A stretch of DNA of 64,000 nt from Azolla caroliniana (taxonomy: Eukaryota; Plantae; Polypodiophyta). A model generated the notes under the pieces. It did not search any database and was not told the origin of the DNA. It saw only the letters and a list, made by a program, of their open reading frames with translations. Positions 1-9,529 of the stretch are shown piece by piece (positions within the stretch are counted from its first letter, which is position 1; the number at the start of each line of letters is the position of its first letter). The DNA is taken from contig JBHGNT010000011.1 in the NCBI GenBank assembly GCA_043228905.1, positions 12,834,001 to 12,898,000 on the forward strand, in the 5' to 3' direction. Position numbers and translations under genes: made by a program.

Positions 1-408
1 GAGCGAGGTGGAGACTCTACCGGAAGCACACGAGCGTTCCATGGAGCAGAGTCAGCCTCCCGAAAACCTGTGCAAAATGGCTATGGATAGTGGCAGAGGA
101 GAAGGGCTCGGTCCCAACCCGGCAACACTTCGTCCTCTCTAACGCACGATCCCTTTCCATTCATCTCCCTCTCTTTTATAGCCCAAGTAGGGAGGCCGTT
201 ATCATCCATTACATCACATTAATTCTCTATCCTTTCGGACAGAGATACACCTCGATTCTCTCCCTATTGAATGCGTGCTACCTAGGATTTCACCTCAGCC
301 GACTTGTACCTACCTACTTACCATACAACGAAAAGTGTGCTCGCGTGTAAGGGCCAATTTACACACGCTAAACTCGGTTTCCGCCTAGGGACGGTTTTCT
401 TCACGACA
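1..408 (-). mobile_element. Partial LTR of an E1/E2-family Ty3/gypsy element (5' or solo LTR; runs off the window start)
   Basis: Reverse complement starts TGTCGTGAAGAAAACCGT (391-408), identical to the E2 3' LTR start. The reverse complement of 1-140 aligns with the E2 LTR core (AGAGAGGACGAAGTGTTG...CCATAGC...TTCGGGAGGCT). No PPT is adjacent. Confidence 0.85.
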
Positions 409-426
409 ATGCAGAATACCGCGACA
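409..426 (+). mobile_element. Probable 3' terminus of another LTR of the same family
   Basis: GCAGAATACCGCGACA resembles the LTR ends GAGGAATACCTCGACA (E2) and GAAATATCTCGACA (E1). Only 18 nt are visible. Confidence 0.5.
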
Positions 427-430
427 CCGT

Positions 431-1225
431 TGTCGTGGAGAAAACCGTCCATAAGCGGAATCGGCACACCAAGGCGTGGGAACCGGTTCTTCACGCGCGC
501 ACGCTCCAAGTTGTACGTAGAAGCGAATTAGGAGGATAATCGGCAGGAACGGGCCCTAACACAAGTGGAGACAAAGACCGCGCGAACAGTCTTTTCGGTC
601 GCGCGCGCGAGCGAAGGAACTGTACGAGTCGGCGGCGTAACTACGCGGACGCGTGAAGGACGGAGCGGATCCCTGTCCAAAAGGGACAGGGAATAAAGCT
701 GACATGACGGCCTGCTCGTCGGCCTATATAAGGAGCAGGAAAGAGCTGTTGCAGGGATCTCGCGCAGAGAGGACGAAGTGCTGCCGGACCGTTTCTGGAC
801 GCTTCGCCCTCTGTTTCCTTCCTTCTTGAGCTCCATAGCTTTTCTGTGCAGGGTTCCGAGGAGGCTCGCGCTGTTTCGAGGAACGCCCGAGTGCTTCCGG
901 CAGCACCTCCGACCTGCTCCCCCCCTTTGTGCGTCGAAGCGAACAAGTATCGGCATCTGTTCGCCGGCTTGTTCGGTTGTAACCAACCTGAGCCCCATCG
1001 AGGGTTGTAGTCGTGTTAGCCATTTTTGTTAATATACATATTTAGTCGTTCGCATCTGTCTGTGTCGGTGTCTGTTCGCGTTCTCCGTGCTGAAGGGCCG
1101 TGTCCCTGTGTATCCCCGGTCCTGCGTAGCCGGTTCTCTCTCTTTCTCCTCCCTCGCTTGCTCTTTGGTTCGAGGCCCCCGCGGTTCCGCCTCGTTTCCA
1201 CACGCACTTGCGAAATATCTCGACA
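431..1225 (+). repeat. E1 5' LTR
   Basis: Direct repeat of 6872-7666 with about 5 mismatches seen by eye. TATA-like CTATATAAGG near 724-733. Confidence 0.97.
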
Positions 1226-1229
1226 TCTT

Positions 1230-1247
1230 TGGTGAACCCGACGTGAA
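1230..1247 (+). promoter_or_regulatory. E1 primer binding site, tRNA-Trp
   Basis: TGGTGAACCCGACGTGAA, 4 nt after the LTR, is complementary to the 3' end of plant cytosolic tRNA-Trp (...TTCACGTCGGGTTCACCA). Confidence 0.9.
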
Positions 1248-1269
1248 AGAGGCGGCAGAAGAGCAGAAG

Positions 1270-3381
1270 ATGAGGGGGTCGGATCTTGCAGAGGCCATGG
1301 CTTCGGCCGTAGATCGGATTGTAAACGCGCGCGAGGGCACCGGTGCCCTCGACAGAGCTATTGAGGCGGTCGTCGGCACGATCGGCCGGTTCGATGGGAA
1401 GGATGCCACGAAGTATTTGGCGTCCTACGGTGCAGAGATGCTGATGCGGGACATTCCGGAAGAAAGGCGTCTTGCCGGATTTCCCCGAGTGGCGATGCCG
1501 AGCATCCATGCGGAGGTGCTCAAGGTGCGGGCGGAGAGCCGTACCTGGGAGGAGTTCGAAGGTCGGCTCCTAGAGAAATACGGGCTGGATGACGCGCTCC
1601 GGCTTTCGAAGCGAAGGTTCATGGAATGGGTGGAGTCCCCGGGGAAGGGAAGAAACGCGTCGGCACTCCTCCGGGAGTTCGAGGAAAACTTTGCGCGCCT
1701 TTCGGCGCTCGACCGAACCATCCTGGACACGAGCCGGGTCTTGCTGTTTGTCAAGTCGGTCGACGAGCGGGATCGGGAGCAAGTGGGCCTCTTGCTGGAA
1801 ACCGAAGACGGGCTCACTACCGACTGGGCGGCTGTCAAGAAAGTCTGTGGCTGTTTCGACAAACGGCGAGAATGGGCGGATAACGGGGCAGCCGGGTCGG
1901 GCTCGGTCGCAGCAAGGAAGCTCGAACCAGCGCCACAGGTGCGAAAGGAAGAGACCCGAGAGTGGTTGGAAACCGGTTCGGCTTCGACCGGCGTAGTCAG
2001 AGGCTCAACCGGAGGAGTGGCGCTGGAGGAATTGACGAGGGCGATAAAGGACCTCCAAATCGCGCAAGCCCGAAGGGAAGGTGGCGAACCGGCTCGTGAC
2101 GGACGGCCGGCGGCAGGAAACAGGTGCATGTGGTGCGATGAAGTCGGCCACATTCGGAAGGACTGCGGCGACTTCGCGGAGGCGCTGAGGAACAGGGTGG
2201 TGTACCTGTGGGAAGGACGGGTGCATGCCAGCGACACCCGAAGGGCCCTGAGCCGAAACGACGGGCGAGGTGGTATGAAAAGGTTGATGGAAGAGGCGGC
2301 GGCCCGACACGCGGAAACCGTCCACTACTTGGCGTCGGCCGGCATTCGAGTCGGGGGCGGCGAGGCCCGAAGGGAAAGCAAAGCCGGATTCTGGCCGACG
2401 ATGCTGGAAGGCCTTGCCGGTGCAAGGCTTAAAAGGGAGGAATCGGACCGTGCGGAGAAACGGGTACGGGAGATGACCGGGTGGAGCGACCCGGTCGAGG
2501 AAAAGACGGGCTTCGTGGAAGCTGCTTGCCAGAACTACGAGGCTCTGGTAGAAGAGAAGCGGGTGGGGAAACCCGGGACGACCGGGCCCTCACAACGATA
2601 CGAGACCCGGTCCGGCCCACGACGGGACGAAGCCGGCGGGGCCGGTACGCAAGATAAACCCCAGAAGGGCGGGTACCGTCTGGGGACGGAGATAGAAAGG
2701 ACCACAGACTTACGAAAGGTCCTGGAGGAACGGATCCTCGACAGCAAGGTGGAGCTGTCGTTACGAGAGGTGCTGGGAATCGCCAAGAAGGAGTTCCATG
2801 ACTCCATCGTGGACTTGGTGAAACGGAAGAGGCTGTCAACGGAGACAGAACCGGAGAGACCGGTGGAAGTGCGGACGACGCACCTAGACGACATGGCGCT
2901 GGGAGACGAGTGGGCGGAAAGCCACTATTCGAGACCACACTGGGCCCGAGCGACCACGGAAACCCCAGTGAAGATCGGCGATGTCCAGGAACCGGTGATA
3001 GCTTTGGTGGACCACGGATCGGAGATCAATTTGATGTCCATGGACTTCTATAAGAAGGGCAAATGGCCGATCAACACCAAGCACGGGTGGAAAATAAGGG
3101 CAGCAACGCGCGCCACCGAGGAACTGCACGGGGCCTGTCCGAATGTGCGAGTCGAGATTGACCAGCACTTCTTCGTGCAGGAGACGTCTTCACATCCGGT
3201 CATACTGGGAGAGCCGTACATCACGGCGGCGCGAATGGAGACCAAAGTGTTGGACAATGGTTCGGCCTACGCAAGGGTCAAAAGCCAAGACGGGCGCCAT
3301 TCGGTCCAGTTTCTGACGGTACGGCCGAACCACGAACGTAACCGCGATTCCCTCGGTTCCGAAAACCGAGAGGATTTTTAG
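1270..3381 (+). CDS. gag: E1 Gag-protease polyprotein
   Basis: First ATG after the PBS is at 1270, within ORF 1087-3381. Contains the CCHC knuckle CMWCDEVGHIRKDC and aspartic protease motifs ALVDHGSEIN...VILGEPY. Has a 5-aa in-frame deletion relative to E2. Confidence 0.9.
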   Translation: MRGSDLAEAMASAVDRIVNAREGTGALDRAIEAVVGTIGRFDGKDATKYLASYGAEMLMRDIPEERRLAGFPRVAMPSIHAEVLKVRAESRTWEEFEGRLLEKYGLDDALRLSKRRFMEWVESPGKGRNASALLREFEENFARLSALDRTILDTSRVLLFVKSVDERDREQVGLLLETEDGLTTDWAAVKKVCGCFDKRREWADNGAAGSGSVAARKLEPAPQVRKEETREWLETGSASTGVVRGSTGGVALEELTRAIKDLQIAQARREGGEPARDGRPAAGNRCMWCDEVGHIRKDCGDFAEALRNRVVYLWEGRVHASDTRRALSRNDGRGGMKRLMEEAAARHAETVHYLASAGIRVGGGEARRESKAGFWPTMLEGLAGARLKREESDRAEKRVREMTGWSDPVEEKTGFVEAACQNYEALVEEKRVGKPGTTGPSQRYETRSGPRRDEAGGAGTQDKPQKGGYRLGTEIERTTDLRKVLEERILDSKVELSLREVLGIAKKEFHDSIVDLVKRKRLSTETEPERPVEVRTTHLDDMALGDEWAESHYSRPHWARATTETPVKIGDVQEPVIALVDHGSEINLMSMDFYKKGKWPINTKHGWKIRAATRATEELHGACPNVRVEIDQHFFVQETSSHPVILGEPYITAARMETKVLDNGSAYARVKSQDGRHSVQFLTVRPNHERNRDSLGSENREDF

Positions 3382-3437
3382 AGAGGACTGCCAAGGCGTG
3401 GGGCCGCGACAGTCCGGATGCTCCGGGAAAACCCCAC
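3372..3437 (+). promoter_or_regulatory. Putative -1 ribosomal frameshift signal (G GAT TTT plus pseudoknot)
   Basis: Slippery heptamer 3372-3378 directly before the TAG, 6-nt spacer, and stems GGACTG/CAGTCC and GTGGGG/CCCCAC. The -1 frame is open. Conserved in E2. Confidence 0.75.
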
Positions 3438-6400
3438 ATCTGTACGATAAAACCGTGTACAATAGGTAGGGAATTTTGCTTCTCCGACAGCGGAGCATGT
3501 ACGATGGTCGGCATCGCCGGCCGAGAGAAAACAAAGACGGAGGGGAGACTTCGAGCGTGCGGAGTTCTCGGCCCTGACGAAGAAATCAACGGAGCCGTGG
3601 AGGCAGTCTCCTTCGACGACACCTTGGGAATGCTGGGACAGGTAGTCGAAGAAGACCTTAACGAAGACCAGACGATACCAGTATGTTCCGAAGAAATGTA
3701 CGAAGTCATCGCGGACTTTGGTCCGAGTAAGCACCAAGTACAAGACTGTGGACCGGAAGGTAAGGCCAGTTGCGGTACCCTTACTGGAGGGCAGCGAGTC
3801 GCGAATCAAAGGGGTTGCATCGGACCCCAGCTTACGAGATCCGGCCTGCATAGGACACACCTTCACCAACGAGACGCTCCGGGAGCTCAAAATCGGTGGG
3901 GGCGGGTTCCTGCTACCGGCGGAGGAAGACCGGTTTCGGAGAATGCTCGGAAGGCACGGGAAAGCCTTCGCATTCTCGCCGGAGGAAATCGGGTGCGTGG
4001 ACCCGACGATCGTAGAGCCGATGGTGATATTCACGGTACCGCATGTACCGTGGAATCTCAAGCCAATTTCGGTTCCGAGAGCTCACATCCCGAAGTTGAT
4101 GGAGCTGTTGAAGCAGAAAGTTGATATGGGCATTCTCGAGCCGTCGAGCGCCCCGTATTCAAACCGATGGTTTACCGTACCAAAGAAAAACGGATCATTG
4201 CGCTTCATTCAGGACCTGCAGCCGGTCAATAGAGTGACCATTCGGAATGCAGGGATCGGACCGACCATAGACGAGTTCGCGGAGGCCTTCGCCGGAAGGT
4301 CGATTTACTCGGTCAGTGATCTATACTCAGGGTACGACCAGTTCCAGCTAGCCGTGGAGAGCAGAGACATTACGACGATGCGAACTCCCCTCGGCCTAGT
4401 GCGGATGTGTACGCTGCCGCAAGGAGGGACCAACTCGGTGGCCCACATGGTGAATCCGATGAACAAGGTGCTGAGGGACTGCATCCCGGACATCACCATG
4501 CCGTTTCTAGACGACATCCCGATCAAGGGATGCCCGGTAGAAGAGAAGGACGAGACGATCGGGCCGGACGGATGCCGGCGATTCGTGATGACGCACATGG
4601 ACGACTGCGAGAAGGTGCTGCAAAGGCTAGAGGATGCGAGGCTCACCTTCTCGGGGGAGAAATCAGCCTTCGGGCAGTCGGAAATCATGGTGGTCGGACA
4701 CTTATGTGGGCCATATGGCCGGAAACCGTCTCCGGCAAAGGTAGAAGCCATCTCCGCGATGAAGCCCGACTGCAGCTCGGTCACAGAAGTACGAAGATTC
4801 CTGGGGGCATGCGCATTCTACCACATATGGATCCCGCATTACGCCCACGTTGCGGAGCTGCTATACAGATTATTGAAGAAAGGGCGAAGATTCAAATGGC
4901 TAGACAAGCACACGGAGTCGGTCCGGAAGCTGAAGGAGGCTCTTTCGGCAGCACCGGCGCTCCGAAAGGCCGTCTACAGGAAGGGCACCCCAGTGTACAT
5001 AACGGTTGACACGAGTCCGACCGGAATCGGGTGGGTCGTCAACCAAGAAGACGAGGACGGCAATCGGTTTCTGATCCGATTCGGCGCGAAGGTCCTCAGT
5101 GAGCGGCAGCGAGGATACGCCCAGGTTAAACGCGAACTCTGGGGTATCGTTTCGGCGGTGAAGGCCGACAAGGACTATCTGATCGGGACAGAGGTAATCA
5201 TAGAGACGGATTGCATGCCGATTCTCGGCATGGTTTCCGAATGCGCGACGCCGGACCTGGCAATGCTCAGGTGGATAGCGTACATCAAGTCCCTGGACCC
5301 GGGAATACGACACATTTCCGGGAAAGACAACGCCATGGCCGACATGCTTTCAAGGGCGAGATTCGATGACGAGGGCGGCATGGTTTCGGAGGACGAAGAG
5401 GTCGGCGTGGACTTCTTCGAGACTGCGTATGTGACAACCGACGGAACAAGCACTCCGGCACTTAACGACTTCGACGCAAGCAAGTACGACGGGGAGTGGC
5501 TGCAGATCGGTGGGTTTTTGAAGACAATGACGCCCGATGCGTCATGGACGAAGGACGAGGCCAACCGGATCCGGAAGAAAGCGTACCGGTTCTTTCTCCG
5601 GGATGGATACTTGTGGAAGCACCCGAAGAAGAGGAACGGCGTCCCGCTCCGGGTGGTGGCAATGAAGGAAGATCAGGAGGAGCTGCTAGCGGCCTACCAC
5701 GACAGCCCTTGGGCTGGACACCGTGGAACATGGGCTACGTTTGAGAAACTGAAGGGGAAGTATTGGTGGCCGGGGCAGTACTAGGACGTGCATCGGTTCG
5801 TGACAACTTGCGAGAGCTGTCAGATGCACTCCATAGTCCGACATCGAGACGAGCTTCACCCTACGTACCCTCCGGCCATCCATTTCAAATGGATGGTAGA
5901 TCTGGTAACGATGCCAATGGGAGTAGGACAGATGCGGTACCTGGTCCTAGCGCGGGAGGATCTGACGAACCAGGTGGAAGGCCGGGCCCTTCCGAACAAA
6001 ACGACCGCGGCCGTATGTCGGTTCCTAATCGAGGACGTGATATGCCGGTACGGGTGCGTCGGGAAGATCGTGGCTGACCGAGGGGAGTTGGACGCCGAAG
6101 AAGCCGTGGAGCTGTTGGACCGGCTGGGAGTCAAGCTCTCGCTCACCACTGCGTACAATCCGGAGGCGAATGGAAAGGTGGAGCGCGGACACGGGCCGAT
6201 TGTCAAGGCGCTGGTTCGAGCATGCGGAGGCCGAGTCGGTAACTGGCCGCGGCTGCTACCTTATGCTTTGTGGGCGGACCGGACTACGCACAGTTCGGTA
6301 ACCGGGTACATGCCGACGGAGCTCATGTTCGGCCAGAAGCCGATCATGCTGATTGGAGGGACGAGATGAGCCGGGAGGAGTTGTTGGCCGCGCGTATACG

Positions 6401-6800
6401 ACAACTCGAGCGGAGACCGGAGGACGTGGAACTGGCTGCGGAGAAGCTCCGGGTGGCGAGGACAAAGAACAAAGCCAGGTTCGACCGAACGCACCGGCTC
6501 CGACCGAAGAAAATCGAAGAAGGTGACTGGGTGCTCGTCTACGACAGCAGCCTCGACAACCAGCACCGAGCCACACGGAAGTTCGCACGAAGGTGGTTCG
6601 GGCCTTACGTGGTACGGAGCGCCAATGACAACGGGACATATCACCTGGCGGAACTCGACGGCACGAGAGTGGCGATACCGGTTGCAGGGAAGCGGATCAA
6701 AGCGTTCAAGAAGCGACACGACGACGAGCCAGACCCGGCTCTCCTAGTCAGCAGTGACGAACGATCCGAAAACGAGGAAGAACCGACGGGCGAGGAATGA
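3378..6800 (+). pseudogene. pol: E1 pol (RT, RNase H, integrase), disrupted
   Basis: RT FLDD motif, RNase H (VDTSPTG...ETDC), integrase HHCC and DDE core. Frameshifting deletions near 3720 and 6350, and a TAG at 5782-5784. Confidence 0.93.
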
Positions 6801-6858
6801 AGACGGGCCGGTTTTCTCCGTCCCAACTCTCTTGGCGCATACCGGAGAATGCGCGGTT

Positions 6859-6871
6859 AGGTGGGGGCGGA
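6859..6871 (+). promoter_or_regulatory. E1 polypurine tract
   Basis: AGGTGGGGGCGGA directly before the 3' LTR. A near-identical motif precedes the E2 and E4 3' LTRs. Confidence 0.85.
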
Positions 6872-7666
6872 TGTCGTGGAGAAAACCGTCCATAAGCGGA
6901 ATCGGCACACCAAGGCGTGGGAACCGGTTCTTCACGCGCGCACGCTCCAAGTTGTACGTAGAAGCGAATTAGGAGGATAATCGGCAGGAACGGGCCCTAA
7001 CACAAGTGGAGACAAAGACCGCGCGAACAGTCTTTTCGGTCGCGTGCGCGAGCGAAGGAACTGTACGAGTCGGCGGCGTAACTACGCGGACGCGTGAAGG
7101 ACGGAGCGGATCCCTGTCCAAAAGGGACAGGGAATAAAGCTGACATGACGGCCTGCTCGTCGGCCTATATAAGGAGCAGGAAAGAGCTGTTGCAGGGATC
7201 TCGCGCAGAGAGGACGAAGTGCTGCCGGACCATTTCTGGACGCTTCGCCCTCTATTTCCTTCCTTCTTGAGCTCCATAGCTTTTCTGTGCAGGGTTCCGA
7301 GGAGGCTCGCGCTGTTTCGAGGAACGCCCGAGTGCTTCCGGCAGCACCTCCGACCTGCTCCCCCCCTTTGTGCGTCGAAGCGAACAAGTATCGGCATCTG
7401 TTCGCCGGCTTGTTCGGTTGTAACCAACCTGAGCCCCATCGAGGGTTGTAGTCGTGTTAGCCATTTTTGTTAATATACATATTTAGTCGTTCGCATCTTT
7501 CTGTGTCGGTGTCTGTTCGCGTTCTCCGTGCTGAAGGGCCGTGTCCCTGTGTATCCCCGGTCCTGCGTAGCCGGTTCTCTCTCTTTCTCCTCCCTCGCTT
7601 GCTCTTTGGTTCGAGGCCCCCGCGGTCCCGCCTCGTTTCCACACGCACTTGCGAAATATCTCGACA
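6872..7666 (+). repeat. E1 3' LTR
   Basis: Direct repeat of 431-1225. Confidence 0.97.
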
Positions 7667-7670
7667 CCGT

Positions 7671-8480
7671 GTAGCCTTCATCATCCATCCTACCAACCGA
7701 TATTAGATTCAACTTGACTTCCGGAACGTGTCGAACATCTCTCAATACCAGTTTGCACCCGGTGGATGTTTCCAAGCACACATCTCGTATGTCGATGATT
7801 CAGCATGCTGCTTCATTTCCCATCATTACAAGACCGTGGTCTCCGGCCTTGTATGATGAGAAGCACTTCCGGTTGGGGGTTAGGTGAAAAGATGCACCCG
7901 AATCAACCACCCAATGTTGATTCTTCGCCAGCGAGGTTCAAATCATTTTGTTCACTAATGAACAACAACTCCTCTTCACTCCCGGTGATTGCTGAGGTGT
8001 TCTTTCTGTCCGGGATTATCTTCGGCTCTACACCATGAACTGCCCCTTTCTCTTTTCCGAAGTGTCGGTAGTTCTTCTAGAAGTGCCCCAACTTCCCAGA
8101 AAAGAAGCACGTACGTCTTCCCCTCGACTTCGACACTGTCTCCAACTTGTCTCGATTCTGGGGACTTCGATTCTGGCCTCTTCCTCGATTTGTGTCACTT
8201 TCGGTGACTAAGGCCTTTGGGTCGGCAATGAACTCTCTATCCTTCCGGTTTACGACATTATCACTATCTTTCTGAAGACTGAGAATCTGTTTACGACATT
8301 CTTGTTCTCGAACATGAACCTGATCTTCTTTCATGGGACTTCGACATCTGTCTCCTCGTTGAAGTTGTTGTACAGACTCATGTCTATAAAACACCTCACG
8401 TATGCCATCGGCTTCAAATGCATGACTTCCCATGTGGATGCATCGATCTTGTCTGGCTTCTTCTTTCTGTACTGCACCGG
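7671..8480 (-). pseudogene. Degenerate Ty1/copia gag-protease fragment (Tnt1/Tork-like)
   Basis: Minus-strand peptides KKKPDKIDASTWEVMHLK...FENKN (gag N-terminus), a decayed knuckle TCFFSGKLGHF, and LVLRDVRHVPEVKLNLISVGRMDDEGY (typical copia post-protease motif). Internal deletions and stops. Confidence 0.85.
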
Positions 8481-8703
8481 CTACAGAGTTACACACACTC
8501 ACACACACACACTCTCCTGCTTAGTTACAAAGGCAACTACCTTCTCCAACTATACAACAATAATGATCAACTAATGATTCCCGCACACCATAATGATTGC
8601 CCTAGGTATATATATACTAATACAACATTTAGGGTTATTTACAAATATGGCCCACTAAGGGTACATTTAGACTATTTACAAATATAGTCTCACGAATCCG
8701 CTT
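8481..8703 (-). repeat. Probable copia LTR remnant, split by E3 and continuing at 26862-26970
   Basis: LTR-like non-coding sequence with a (TA)n TATA-like run. It joins across the CGACT TSD to a segment ending ...TTTTCCCAACA at 26970. The left boundary is uncertain. Confidence 0.55.
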
Positions 8704-8708
8704 CGACT

Positions 8709-8858
8709 TGATACTCCTAAGGGCCGGACAATAGCCTAACACAGGGTCGCTACAGAAGACACTTCACCAAAGGATGTTAGGGCGAGGTAACTTAGACTAA
8801 CGATTGATCAGACCTTTATTGGCTACTTAAGCAACATATCACGAATCTTAATACACGC
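8709..8858 (-). repeat. E3 3' LTR, part 1 (split by E2)
   Basis: Aligns with 26401-26548. Confidence 0.92.
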
Positions 8859-9486
8859 AGTCGTGAAGAAAACCGTCTGCAAGCGGAATCGGTGCGCCGG
8901 AGCGTAGGAACCGGCTCTTCTTGCGCGTTGTACATAAGAGAGAATGTTGTACATAGAAGATTCGAGGTAGGTAGATTCGGTAGGTGGGGAGTTAATAGGA
9001 AACGGCTCCCTTTTTGCCTATAAGAGGAGGGAGACGAGGAGGAGGAAGGCATCGCGGAATCAGAGAGGACGAAGTGTTGTCGGGCTGTCGGTCGAAGGCT
9101 TCTCTCTCTTCCATACTCCATAGCTTCTTTCTGTGCAGGTTTCGGGAGGCTCGCGCTGCTCTGAGGAATGCCCGAGTGCTTCTGGCAGCACCTCCAACCT
9201 ACTTCTTTCTTTCTGTGCGTTTACGAACAAGCATCGGCATCTGTTTGCCGGCCTGTTCGGTTGTAACCGACTTCGTGTCTTGTTGTTTGTCTTTGTTAAT
9301 AGATACATAGATTCATGTCTCTCTGTGTCGCTGTCCCACTTGCGTCTTCGTGTCGAAGGGCTGTGTCCCTGTGAACCTACGTTTGCACCTTGTGGGTCTC
9401 TTCCCCTCTCCTTTCTCTCTTGCTCTTCGGTATAGGACCCCCGAGGTCCCGCCTCATTCCACGCATCCGCGAGGAATACCTCGACA
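8859..9486 (+). repeat. E2 5' LTR
   Basis: Direct repeat of 15221-15848; the first base is A instead of T. Confidence 0.95.
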
Positions 9487-9489
9487 TCT

Positions 9490-9507
9490 TGGTGAACCCG
9501 ACGTGAA
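9490..9507 (+). promoter_or_regulatory. E2 primer binding site, tRNA-Trp
   Basis: TGGTGAACCCGACGTGAA, identical to the E1 PBS. Confidence 0.9.
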
Positions 9508-9529
9508 GGAGGCAGCAGAAGAGCAGAAG

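Larger units (their letters stand above)
431..7666 (+). mobile_element. E1: full-length Ty3/gypsy non-chromovirus LTR retrotransposon (probably Phygy-like), young but coding-defective
   Basis: Two 795-bp LTRs with TGTCG...CGACA ends, 4-bp TSD CCGT (427-430 and 7667-7670), PBS, PPT, and GAG-PR-RT-RH-INT domain order. The lineage name is inference. Confidence 0.97.

Noticed and set aside
1087-1269. N-terminal 61 codons of the 764-aa ORF
   Set aside because: They lie in the LTR and PBS with a GTG start; the conserved ATG is at 1270 (9530 in E2).
3700-3730. Second programmed frameshift in E1 pol
   Set aside because: E2 is in frame here; E1 has a 26-nt deletion.
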